This document shows positions 41,886 through 55,475 of a stretch of DNA of 64,000 bases, in pieces (the first letter of the stretch is position 1; each line of letters begins with the position of its first letter). The stretch is from Eledone cirrhosa (taxonomy: Eukaryota), in contig OZ024742.1 in assembly GCA_964016885.1 (NCBI GenBank), positions 41,540,001-41,604,000 on the forward strand. The letters are read 5' to 3'. Under the pieces are notes generated by a model. It searched no databases. It had not been told where the DNA came from and saw only the letters and a program-made list of their open reading frames with translations. Position numbers and translations under genes: made by a program.

Positions 41886-42009
41886 ATATATTGAAGGGAG
41901 ATACGGAAACTAAAACAATGTTGTCATATAGAGAGTGAAGAGCGACAGAGAGAGTAAAGCAGTTAAATTATAGAGAGGGGGAATGATCTTACATACATAG
42001 AAAGTATAG

Positions 42010-42343
42010 ATGTGTGTGTGTGTTTGTGTATGTGTGTTTGTATATACATATACATATATACATACATACATATATATACATACACATATACATGCATATA
42101 TATACATACATATACATACACATACATACATATACATATACATGCATATATATACATACATATACATACACATACATACATATACATACATACACATACA
42201 TACATATATACATACATATACATGCATATACATTCATACACATATACATACGTACATACATACATACATACATACATCTCTACATACATATATACATACA
42301 TACACACATACACAAATACTTACATACATATATACATACATAT
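42010..42343. repeat. (CATA)n/(TA)n microsatellite
   Basis: Direct inspection. Confidence 0.9.
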
Positions 42344-42672
42344 ATGGTGGCTGCCAACTCGTTTTCGAGTACGGCCACTACTTTATATCCATGTAGGAGA
42401 ACCCCTACCGATGCGCTGAACGAGTGTGACTTTTAGTCCAGCCAACGACTTGAAAACTCTGGTACAAACACTACACTTGTGACAATTATTGACACATAGT
42501 GCTGGGCCCGTGGTACCATGTGATGACAAGTGCAGAGAGATCTCCAGATATAAAGCAATGCTTGTGCTGTGAAGCTTTTATAGTAGGGTTGCCAGTTTAG
42601 TCGCCAACGACCCGACCATGAGACAGGGTGTACTGGGATACATGTTACCAGTAGCACCAACTGGTGACCTGA
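42344..42672 (-). mobile_element. Bipartite RTE-derived short element, internally deleted
   Basis: Reverse complement of both ends of 51425-52033; flanked by (CATA)n. Confidence 0.8.
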
Positions 42673-44214
42673 CATATATAGGATACATACATACATACAT
42701 ACATACATACATACATACATACATACATACACACGACACTCAGCTTTATAATATTATAGATAGATGCGAATTCATTTTGATAAAAAATAAAATAAAAAGC
42801 AGTCTATCAGGTGTATTAGAGACTGGTAGATACCCCGCTTCATCTCCCTTTTGGCCTGCTATGCCTCTCACTCATGGCGGAATGGCCCTTTTAAGTCCTT
42901 GAGTTTGAAAGCCTTGGATTAGAACGATATTTAGACCATCTATATACATTCTGAGTTGTTGAGCGGTTTAACAGCTCTAACTGGTTCTAGGATATCTTTA
43001 GTTTAGTAAATATCACTATTTGGTAAGCGTTGGGAACATATTTTCAGTTTGAAGATAACTACCGCCTTTTCTCTCCCCATTCTAAGCTTGCATGAGGTTC
43101 CTGTCTGAAAATTTCATTAGATTTCTTGCACATTATTTATGGTAACCAAAAAATTAATTTGAAGCCTTTCAAATATTGTGCAGCCCCTCTATAAGTATGT
43201 GTGTGTATGGGTGAGTGAAAAAGAGAGATAGAGATAGAGATAGGATAGATAAAGATAGATAGATACAGAGAGAGACAGGGAGGGAGGGAGAGAGGGCTAA
43301 ATGGAGATAGATAGAAATGACTAGATAGTGCTGCAGTACACAGGCACACACTCACATTCACACAATACCCATACATGTACATTTACACAATATACGCAAA
43401 CTCACACATACACATACACATACAAAATACTACGAAATTTCAGTATTTAAATTAGAATAACAAAATATCAACAATAATAGCAGGAGTACAACCTTAACAG
43501 CAGCAGTCACAGCAACAACGCGGCGTGGTTGGTCCTCGAACCTCCTCTGAACTCACAGTTACCAGACAGAAGTTGGCCAACAAGCTGGAATAACAATTTT
43601 AACGTGCTTTTCACGTTATCTTCCGGGTTAAAGCCTTAAGGTGATCTCCCACACAGTATATTATTGGGGTAGCTATCGTGTAGGTTGCTCATATCTACGA
43701 CATCAAACACATATATCTCGACTATTTATTATACATTCTCATATTCATAACTACAAAAAAAAAAAAAAAAAAATAGAAACGAAATAGCAGACGACATATC
43801 ACGTGAAACAACCCATACGCATTGTTGCTACCACCACCACTATCAACAACAACACACACACACCACGACGACCACCACCAATAACAACAGCAACACAACA
43901 CCACCACTAACAACAACAACAACAACAAAACTGTTCTAGTTTTCTGAATTAAATATTTATGAAACCCCAATTGTATGAAATGGAACCTTTATGGATTACA
44001 AAGGGAAAACAAACCGCAGAAAGAAAAGAGGAAAAAAGAAAACAGGTTTGTGTAAGAAATTTTTTATTTCATCAAGATAAAAATAATGTGAAAATAACTT
44101 CACTGAGAGGAAAAAATATCTAAATAAATATCCAAAACATAAACATACACATACCGACCATAATTAAATATGGAATGATACGCAATGCCCCCCCCCCCCC
44201 ACACACACACACAG

Positions 44215-44535
44215 CCCCGGCGGTTAGAATGAAGAAGGCGTTTCTCCGGAGGACGGCAAGGGAGACGCGCTGGTAGAGTCACTCCAACTCGCGGGGCTCA
44301 CACCTGCGGCTGGCCAGCTCAGCGCCTATGGTGGTGAGTAGGAAGGTGGCACTAGGGCCAAGGACACCAGAAGTCTCCACTGCCAGTGGTACAACCGCAA
44401 ACCTGTCGGAGAGCGACCGGTATTTGAGAAGCTTAGCCTCCTCAGCCCGACGTGCAGCAGAACCTGGGTCAGTCGCAGACTGCACCAGGTTGCGGCTGCA
44501 GAAAATGTCGGTGCAAGTGGAATCCCAGACGAGGA
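44215..44535 (-). mobile_element. CRE-clade RLE endonuclease fragment
   Basis: WDSTCTD..AARRAEEAKLLKY..PLAVETSGVLG..QRVSLAVLRRNA. Confidence 0.75.
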
Positions 44536-45177
44536 AAATTAGGTGTCTATTTGTGCAGAGGAGTGCGATATAGGTGTGTTGATTATAATTATGGTTTCTG
44601 ACATTGTGTTGATTATAATAATGAAAAACAATGCATTACATATGGTTGGGGGATCGAAATGGCCGAGTCGTTAGACCATCGGACAGAATGCTTTTCGGCT
44701 CTGCGCTTTGTGAGCTCAAATCCCGTCGAGGTCAATTAGCTTTACATCTTCTCGACGTCAATAGAAGAAAGTACCGTCCAGTAGTAGAATCGATTTTTCC
44801 TCTTTTTCACTTCCCCTCTCTGACACTCTCCTTCATTAAGACATCTCTCTAGGAGAAGGTCACTCTGATATAAAACCTGCGATTTCGTTTGCATCCAATG
44901 ACGTAGACTAGTTCTTTTGGGGTATATGCATTCGATGTTCAGAGAGTGGAATTGGCTCCATGCAAAGCCTTTCTTAACTTTAAAAAGCTTCAAGCACAGA
45001 CATCGCTTGATATGTGACATTTCTTTTTACGATGCATGGCATTGCTGGCCATAGGTGGGTCCTAGAAGCTCTAGGAAGCCACGTCCGATGTTCATGCTTA
45101 AGTATCAAGTATCATGTATATATGTATCATCATGTATATATGTAAGTATCATCATGTATATATGTATGTATGTATGT

Positions 45178-45645
45178 ATGGTCGGGTCGTCGGTAACTAA
45201 ACCGGTAACCCCACCAATCTTGCTTGGTGAGGAGGGTGATATTTGGACACCCTACGGGATGAAATAAAAGACCTGGCAAAGGGCGGAGGAACTCAGCAGA
45301 GTCAACGGCCATCCAAATAGTACTTTTTTTTTTTACCTGGGAGTGAAAGGCCCCCAGTTGTTGTCACAACACCTTTCTAGGAGAGGGAAACTCTGAAATA
45401 AAAACCTGCGGCTTCGGAAGCATCCGATGATGTTGACCAGTTCTCCTTTTCGGGTAGTGTTTTCGATGTTCAGAGAGTGGGAAGGGCAAGGCCTTTCCCC
45501 ACTTAAAAAAACCTTCCAGACACGGTAATTGCTTGTTCAGGATATGTTACAGGTTCGTGTGGCTGGCCGTAGCCTAAAAAAATGCACCAAACCCTGTAAT
45601 CTGACAAGCGATTGCAATATTCTTAGCAGAGTTTGCAGCCATCAT
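45178..45645 (+). mobile_element. Bipartite RTE-derived short element, variant subfamily
   Basis: Shares the 5' block and CTAGGAGAGGGAAACTCTGA motif with 51425-52033; ends GCAGCCATCATGTATG. Confidence 0.65.
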
Positions 45646-45659
45646 GTATGTACTGTATG

Positions 45660-46581
<922 letters not shown>

Positions 46582-46635
46582 TATGTATGTATATGTATGT
46601 ACGTATGTATGTATGTATGTATGTATGTATGTATG

Positions 46636-49600
46636 TTCTTCTGGTTTTATAATTTCACAAATTTTTATCAATAGAGAGAGAGTCGGTTTCTAACATAGAC
46701 ACAAGACTCTCTCATTGGAATTTACACAACATCAACTAGGTAGGTTATGTATGCATGCCTGCATGCATGCATGTGTAGATATGGATGTTATTGTATGTGT
46801 GGATGTGGATGTTTTGAGTTGTATGTGTGCATGTGTATATGCTTTGTATCTGTACATGTGTATATGCAGTTATTAGATGCAAAATGTTTGGAATGTTTTA
46901 TATATTTTTACTGTTCCATTAATGGATTCTACTTGTAATTTCCTAACTAGTTGTGTTCTTTCTGTTCCTGTGAAGCCCAGCTTCTCAAGATTTGTATTGA
47001 GGCAGTTACTAGCATACACCAGTGCCCCAATAATCACAGGCATAAATCTGAAGGTGTAATCAGGGTGGAGTATCTGTAGATTTCTCATCAGTTCTGCATA
47101 AATATTCTCCTTTTCGCTAATCTTTGATATTATATTGGCATCTGCTGAGCATGCTTTCTTTTCCCTGTCCCATATCATAATATCTGGTCTGTTATGCCTG
47201 CATTTTATTGGGGTTTTTACTGGAACATTCCACCAGTACTCTTTCATATTATGTATATGGATGTCTTCCACATTGCTGTAGCTTTTAATATGTTTATTAT
47301 CGGGGCTATCTTTTTACGGATTGCATTGTACAGTATTTTAGCCACTACATCATGCCTCATAGGTAGATAGTACCGCGATGACATCTTTGGACAGCTGCTG
47401 ATGACATGAGTGACATCTTCGATGTTAATTCTGCAGAGTCTGCACTTGTTATCACATCTAGATGTTTTGCCTGCATCCCTATCGCTTTTGTGAATCAGGT
47501 ATTTCGTGTTAATTTCCTGTTCTTAGATTGCAAAAGCGTATCCTTCAAAGTGGGAGCCAATATAGCGGTTGTTGGTCCAAGATAGACTACTTTCCTTATC
47601 TATATTACTCTCACTCTGGAGCTTCCTGGCAACATATCCATGCATGATTTTTTGCTGATAAGCATGCAGTTTTTCATCCATGGATCCACTGCGATACTGC
47701 TGAGCGACTTTCCTGGGTGTGAGTTTTTGATTATCACACAGGGAATATCTCTCGAGGAGTTCCTTCCCAACTCTCATGATCTTATCTGTTTCATGCAGAT
47801 AGACTTGCTCAAGAGATGAGCTCCTACGCTTCGAGGTTCGTAGATGTTGTAGGAGAGATATGATGCGACATTCAAATGTTGTCTGGACTGATGTTAGGCC
47901 TCTGCCTCCCTGCTTACGTTTCAAGTAAAGGTGGTCTATGTCACTGTTGCTGTGGAAGTTGCCGGTGTTGTTTAGTATTTTTCGAGTTCTAACATCAACT
48001 GCTCGGATTTCGTCTATCGTCCAATTGAGTATTCCAAACGTTGGTGTTAGAACAGGCACAGCAAACACATTGTGAGCTGCTGTTTTGTTTTGCGCAGAGA
48101 GTTCCGATGACCAAACCTTTCTTAATCGCGTGTAGTATTCCCTGGTTACGCGTTCCTTATTACAGATACCATTATAGGATATGTTCTCATCTATCCCCAG
48201 GTATCTGTAGCAGTTTTCATCAGATATCGGTGAAACAGTTAGGCCATTGATGACAATGTTGCTAGATTGGGTTGTTATTTTTTCCCGCTTTACAGTCATG
48301 TATGAGCATTTATCTTGGCCAAACTCCATTCCTATATCCTTTGAGAACGTTGTAACCAGCAAGTTCTTGGCATAGAGTTTCAGATCATCCACAAAGAAAT
48401 TATGGGTTAGGTTCGTATTTCTGTCCTCCTGTGAGCCAATGATGTATCCTTCACATTTCTTGAGCAGAAAGGGAAAGGGGTTTAATGACAGGATGAATAA
48501 TATCACAGAGAGACTGTCTCGCTGAAATATACCCCTGCGATATTTTATTTTATCAGTGAAAATAGAGTCCTCCTTCCCTGTCTTTAACCTTAGGATAGTA
48601 GCCCAAGAAGACAGCTTCTCTATGGCTTTGACAATAATGTCTGGGACTTTAGCAAGTTGGAGGACCTCTATCATCCAAGAGTGGGAAACAGAATCGAAAG
48701 CTTTCCTGTAGTCCAGCCAGACTGTAGCCATATTCCTCCTAAGTTGTCGCACCTCCGACATCGCAGTTTTGTTGATTAGTTGTTCAGCACATTCCCCAAA
48801 CCCCTTTCTTTCCAGCTGTTTGTTCATCTGTGATGATGTTATTATTTTCACAGTGATCTTGGAGGAATAGGTTCAGGCAGGCTATATACATCTTATACAT
48901 CAGGTTCTGGCATGCAATGGGTCGGTAGTTTTTTTCCAAGTGAGTGTCTTTGTTCTTGGGGACCAGTAATGTTTGTGCTAATGTCAACCATTCTGGTATA
49001 AGTGTATCTCCCTTAAGAACTTGTTGGTAGAGGTCAGTAAGATACCTCCGATAGAATATCAGTTTTTTGTACCAGTAGCCGACAATCATGTCTCTTCCTG
49101 GTGTTTTCTTTTCTTGGAGTTTTCCTATCACAGTCTCAAGGGTACCCTCACTTATTTCGTATGTTTTTGTTGTAAGTTCTTTCGTATTTGCAATAGTTCT
49201 GTTGGATTTCTTTTACCCACATTGCATCTTGGTTGAAATTCTTCTTTTCACCCCATATTTTTCTCCAAAAGGAATCTATGTCTTTCTGGGATGGGGCCTC
49301 AGTGACACTTATTATTTTGCCCTTCATATCTCTATAGACTGATGTTTGGTTTCGTCTGAATCTTTTATTAAGCACTTTTCTCTCATCTACCTTCTTCAGG
49401 TATCGGCGTTTTTTGCTAACAGCTCTCAATTCTTGTTTGAGGGTGATCAGCTTATATTGAAGAGTTATGGTTCTACTGTTACCAAACATCGTCCCTATTT
49501 TATTTTTCACTCTTTGTTGGTGAGGAGTGAGGTTTTTTTGTGTTTGTTTGCATGTAAGGAGCATTGTCACATATCCTATGTTTTTTCGTAGGTCAGCATC

Positions 49601-50731
49601 TTTTTTTCTATTTTAGTTATATATGATGGTATTTTTGGTGGTGTTTTGTTCTTGTTAATATCTCTGCTATCACCAAGATAATGCTTCACTGTCGTTGCTA
49701 AGGCATATAAACAGGCGTTGATTTGCCAAAATGTTGAGGTTTTTATCCGTTGTAAATATTCATCCCCTATTTCGTCAATAACACGTAATATTTCATTATT
49801 TGTTTTTTTTTTATTATTAAATATTGTTGTTTCAATACATTCAGCAAGAGAGATATTTATACATGAATTAATTTCTCTCTGGAAGATTTCGTTGAGAGAA
49901 ATTTTCAATTGTTTATACTTTTGATTATTATCATTATCGATAGTATTTTCCACAGTAGTCGAGGTAGACTCGGATGGTACACATGGTGTCAAATTTCTTC
50001 GAGTATTATTATTATTTCTTCGATTTTTATTATTATCGATAGTGTTTTCCCCAGCATTCGAGGTAGACTTAGATGGTACACGTGGTGTCAAGTTTCTTAC
50101 AGGCATAGTTGTTTCAAGGCACTGTTCGACCTGGCTGCTAGGAAGTCTAGTAGTATGGCGACCTGTAGCACGTGTTGTTGATCCCATGTTTGTTGAGGGG
50201 GACTTACAATTAATAATATTTATCTTATATTTACGTTCAACAAACGCCGCTTGTTGGCCTAATTCTTTCGCTGTGAAGTGATTTAGTTCTGGGTGTATTT
50301 CGTCCCAGTGTAGCTTCATTCTGTTCATATAGCCAATGGAGGGATTGTTTTTTGTCATTTTATAACAATTAAATAAATCATTATTAAGTTCGCAACTCCA
50401 AGAGAAATGCGATTTATAATTTCGGTTTCTTCTGTAGCTACAACTGAATAAATTTTGTTTACCTTTCTCGTTGTTTTTCTTCGGTATTTCCTTAATGTTG
50501 TTGTTGTTGATGTTGTGTTCAGCCATGCTGTTTGTAGCAAATCCTTGTAAAATGAATTATGCATTTAGTCGGATATCTCTACGAATACAAGGTGTCTTCA
50601 GTAGATATAGTTAGAAGAATATCCAGTTATTCAACATGACTGTAGTTGTGGCATTACTGTCGGAGATAGTATTCATCTTAAATTTAATAAATAGTCTCCC
50701 ACGCCAAAATATGCGACTGATCGTGTTGACT
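46636..50731 (-). mobile_element. Near full-length R4/Dong-like RLE non-LTR retrotransposon, frameshifted
   Basis: ORF pieces 49576-50526, 49148-49570, 48784-49131 (KTPGRD, NYRPIAC), 47523-48851 (WLDYRKAFDSV, FFVDDLKLYA, YRYLG), CRLC..H..C knuckle, RHD, and RPDI endonuclease; both ends abut (TATG)n. Confidence 0.9.
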
Positions 50732-50754
50732 ATGTATGTATGTATGTATGTATG

Positions 50755-51306
50755 TTCTGGTTTTATAATTTCACAAATTTTTACCAATAGAGTGAGAGTC
50801 GGTTCCTAACAAGACTCTTTCATTGGAACTTACACATCAACTTGGTAGATATGTATGCATGTATGCATGCATACGTGTGCAGGTATGGATATTATTGTAT
50901 CTGTAGATGTGTATGTTTTGAGTTTAATGTGTGCATGTGCCTATGCTTTGTATATGTACAAGTGTATATGCAATTATTAGATGCAGAATTTTGGGAATAT
51001 TTTACATATTTTTACTGTTCCATTAATGGATTGTACTTGTAATTTCCTAACTAGTTGTGTTCTTTCTATTTCTGTGAAGCCCAGCTTCTCAAGATTTGTA
51101 TCGAGGCAGTTACTAACATACTCCAGTGCCCCAATAATCACAGGCATAAATCTGAAGGTATAGTCAGAGTGGAGTATCTGTAGATTTCTCATCAGTTCTG
51201 CATAGATATTCTCCTTTTCACTAATCTTTGATATTATATTGGTATCTGCTGGGCAGCTAACTTCCACTACTGTGCATGTCTTCTTTTCCCTGTCCATTAT
51301 CATCCC
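50755..51306 (-). mobile_element. 5'-truncated second copy of the R4/Dong-like element
   Basis: DREKKTCTVVEVSCPAD..KENIY plus 3' UTR; both ends in (TATG)n. Confidence 0.88.
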
Positions 51307-51424
51307 ATGTATGTATGTATGTATGTATGTATGTATGTATGTATGTATGTATGTATGTATGTATGTATGTATGTATGTATGTATGTATGTATGCATATAT
51401 GTATGTATGCATGTAAGTATGTAT

Positions 51425-52033
51425 GTCAGGTCACCAGTTGGTGCTAATGGTAACATGTATCCCAGTACAACCTGTCCCATGGTCGGGTCGTTGGCGACTA
51501 AACTGGCAACCCTACCAAGGTTTCTTGGTGAGAAGGGTGACTTTGGACATCCTGCAGGACTAAAAACAAAACCTGTCAAAGGGCAAAGGAACTCTTAAGA
51601 GTCAATGGCCATCCAAAATCACCGGGAGAGATGACCCCTTAGTCTTTGTCAAGGCAGAATTCTAGGAGAAGGAAAACTCTGATATAACACCTGCAACCCT
51701 GATGGTATCCAATGATGTTGACTTGTTCTTCTTTTTGGTAAATATCATCTTGGTTAAGAGAGTGGGACTGGCTTTGTGCAGTGCCTTTGCTCACTATAAA
51801 AGCTTCACGGCACAGGCATTGCTTTATATCTGGAGATCTCTCTGCACTTGTCCTCACATGGTACCATGGCCCCAGCACTATGTGTCAATAATTGTCACAA
51901 GTGTAGTGTTTGTACCAGAGTTTTCAAGTCGCTGGCTGGACTAAAAAGTCACACTCGTTCAGCGCTTCGGTAGGGGTTCTCCTACATGGATATAAAGTAG
52001 TGGCCGTACTCGAAAACGAGTTGGCAGCCACCA
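51425..52033 (+). mobile_element. Bipartite RTE-derived non-autonomous element (~610 bp)
   Basis: RTE 5'-UTR-like CTAGGAGAAGGAAAACTCTGA; 3' part encodes CSVCTRVFKSLAGLKSH (BovB-like terminal zinc finger), terminal hairpin CTCGAAAACGAG and (TATG)n tail. Confidence 0.8.
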
Positions 52034-52142
52034 TGTATGTATGTATGTATGTATGTATGTATGTATGTATGTATGTATGTATGTATGTATGTATGTATGT
52101 TTGTATGTATGTATGTATGTATGTATGATGTATGTATGTATG

Positions 52143-53127
52143 TCGGGTCACTCTTGAGTGCTACTGGTAACATGTAACCCAGTACAACCTGTCGCATGGT
52201 CGAGTCGTCGGCGACTTAACCGGCAACCCCACTAAGTTTACTTGGTGATGAGGGTGATTTTGGACACCCTGCAGGACAAAAAAAAACCTGACAAAGAGCG
52301 GAAGAACTCATAAGAGTCAACGGCCATCCAAAAGTGTGTAAATATGTATATACACATGTACCGCACGGTTAAACCACTGGGAGTGAAGGACCCATAGCCT
52401 TTGTCTGGGCATTCTTCTAGGAGAAGGCAATAAAGGAAACTGGGATAACTCCGATATAAAATCTGCGGCTCAGTAGTTACTGATGATGTTGATCTTTTCT
52501 TCTTTTCGGGTTATAGCTACTGTCGCTCAGAGAGTGGGATTGGCTCAGTGCACAGTCTTTCCTCACCTTAAAAAATATCTTCACGCACAGGCATTGCACG
52601 ATAGAATTAATTAATAATTATTAATAATGGTATAGCATGCAATGGCCATACTAGATAACGAGGGGGCAGCCATCATCATGTATGTATGTATGCATATGGC
52701 GGAAGAACTCATAAGAGTCATCCAAAAATGTGTAAATATGTATACACACATGTACATATGTATGTGTATGTATATGCGCGGGGACATAGAAATAGTTGGG
52801 CTGGATACCCGATCGCGCGGTTAAACCACTGGGAGTGAAGGACCCCTAGCTTTTATTAGGGTATTCTTCTAGGAGAAGGCAACACAGGAAATTGGGATAA
52901 CTCCGACATAAAACCCGCGGCTCAGTAGTTACCGATGATGTTGATCTTTTCTTCTTTTGGGGTTATAGCTACTGTCGCTCAGAGAGTGGGATTGGCTCAG
53001 TGCACAGTCTTTCTTCACTTTAAAAACATTTTTGCGCACAGGCATTGCACGATGGAATTAATTAATAATTACTATTAATGATATATCGTGCAATGGCCAT
53101 ACTTGATAACGAGGGGTCAGCCATCAT
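52143..53127 (+). mobile_element. Two tandem copies of a related bipartite RTE-derived element
   Basis: 52360-52680 is similar to 52813-53127; same 5' block as 51425. Confidence 0.7.
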
Positions 53128-53332
53128 GTAATTATGTATGTGTGTGTCTGTGTGTATTTGTGTGTGTGTGAGTGTGTGAGTGTATGTGTATGTGTGTGTT
53201 TATGTTCCATAACTTAGCAATTTGACAAAAGAGGTTGATAAAAATAAGTACTGATTGATATGGTCAATTAAAATCCACTTAAAGCAGTGCCTCAGCGTGG
53301 CCGCGGTCTAATAACTGAAACCAATAAAATAA

Positions 53333-53517
53333 TAATTCTTTCTACTTTTGGCACAAAGCCAGCAATTACCTCAGTGCATTACTGGTGCTTTATTTTTATC
53401 GCCCCGTAAGGATGAAAGGCAAAGCTAACCTCGGCGGGATTTGAACGTAAAGGGCCATAACTTTATGCCGCAAAGCATGGTGTCTGATGCCCTACCGATA
53501 CTGCCAATCCACTGCCA
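53333..53517 (-). mobile_element. SINE family A
   Basis: Full-length reverse copy. Confidence 0.85.
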
Positions 53518-53675
53518 GTAAAATAATAATAGAATAAAAGAATGCTATTAGTAGACAAGTAGAAAGTCAGACAAAATCAAAACATGTCTGTTACTTTCAC
53601 CAGTTGTCTATAACTCTTAACATTCTTTAAATGTAAGTATGCATACGTACACACACACACATATACGTACATATG

Positions 53676-53749
<74 letters not shown>

Positions 53750-53752
53750 CAC

Positions 53753-53801
<49 letters not shown>

Positions 53802-54036
53802 CACATATACATATGTAGGTAAGGGCAGTGGCGGACAGGGTCTAAAAATATTGGCTGCCAAGAGATGAAGGAAGCTCTCCTACATATAGAATGCTTTCAT
53901 TTAATTTTTATAATGAATAATTAACATTTTCAAAAAATACATAAGTGGAAACAAAACAGTGCAATCAAATTTTTGTGGGAAAATATCTTACCTTCTCCAA
54001 TAAAAAATATTAAGTATTTTGCGAAATCCAGAGACT

Positions 54037-54512
54037 TTCAATAATGACCAGAAGTCGACCCTAAATATTACTAATAGCTCTAGGAAAGCCATGAACGACA
54101 CCACATTTTTTAAACTTTGATTTTGAAAGTAGGTTTATAATTATCAATTTCATCATACTTTTATAGCTGTCTCGGTGGCCTAGTTGGAGGAATCATAGAC
54201 GGTGGTGATCCTGGTCTGAAGTTCTATTCTGGTCGGGAGTAGGGTTCCAGGTAATCCTTACAGTTTTTTTCTATTGGTTGTAAAATAAAAACTGAAAAAA
54301 GGTTACATGTACCTCTTGACCAGGATTGAACCTAAGGCCAGGATCTCCACCGTCTCTAGTACCTACTGATAAGCCACAGAGACAACTACAAAAATCTTAT
54401 GAAAATTCATATTTATAAACCTACTTCCAAAATTTTCAAAACAGTGTTGTGGTGTCGTTTATGTCTTTCTTAATATTATTGCTCCTACTTAAGGTCGACT
54501 TCTAAATCATTT
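54037..54512. mobile_element. Imperfect palindromic element with a tRNA-like unit in each arm
   Basis: AGAAGTCGACC/GGTCGACTTCT and AAGTAGGTTTATAA/TTATAAACCTACTT pairings; A-box TGGCCTAGTTGG and B-box-like motifs in both arms. Confidence 0.65.
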
Positions 54513-54725
54513 ACGTGTTCCATAAACTATATCCTCGTTTTGTTTCACATCTATCTAGACTACATTTTAACCTGTAATTCATGTTTCATTTCTGTTGCAC
54601 CTCATCCCCCCCTCTCTCTCTCTGATAATCTACTATGATTTGGGCTTACCTTATTCCTATATATATGTTTTTGCATGTCAGATTCAAACTTACAATGATT
54701 GGCATTATATATATATATATATATA

Positions 54726-54862
54726 ACGAGGGAAGTGTGGTAAGGAACCAGGTGGACCATAACGCACCAGAGTACTCGATACTTTGGGTAGTAGAGTGGG
54801 TAATAGTAAAATGTTCAGGATCCCGACGGCAGAGCTCAAGCCGTTTCGACGGCTATTTCTGG
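54726..54862. mobile_element. Penelope-like terminal fragment
   Basis: Homologous to 16368-16505; inside (TA)n. Confidence 0.7.
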
Positions 54863-55146
54863 ATATTACTTTGTCAGTAGTTCGTGTGTAAGTATATAAA
54901 TATATATATATATATATATACATACAAATAAAATATAGAGTTATTAACTCATATAGTTACCCTGCAATTAAAACAAGCTCAAAGTATAAATACCGAGCAT
55001 TATATAGTAATATATATGTATAAATAAACAACAAATTTCGTGTCTAAAATTACAAGGGTATAAGATACCACTAATGTTTTAAAAATTTAATCTTTACCAT
55101 ACAGTATGATATATTAATTTTATACTGACCGTATCAAAAACATTTC

Positions 55147-55210
55147 ATCTCTCGGACAGATTTTAGACTCAATCTGTTTCGCCATGAAAAATTGTGTTTG
55201 TAACAGATAA
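55147..55210 (-). ncRNA. 3' half of a split hammerhead ribozyme
   Basis: GGC-GAAAC-AGATT-gagtctaa-AATCT-GTC-CGAGAGAT. Confidence 0.7.
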
Positions 55211-55475
55211 CTTTCTTTTTATTTGCCACCAGGGCATCAAAAAGTGGGACAAGTACAATGGGGGAGTTTACATAAAAAGGCGTCCTCAATAAGGAGGAGG
55301 CAATAACAAAATATAAAAATAATATATAAAATATAACAAAAATAAATTTAATAACAAAATCCTCGATAGGGAGGAGGCGCCTTGGGGGGTCGCGCACACA
55401 CCCGAAAAAAGTGTGCAACCCTTCTCCTCAGGAGCACAGAAAGGGGGTGCTCCCTTGATCTTTCATCTTCCTCAC

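Noticed and set aside
50550-50731. HDV-like ribozyme at the Dong-like 5' end (GGATAT..ATATCC-GACTAA)
   Set aside because: Could not assign P2, P3 and L3 consistently by eye
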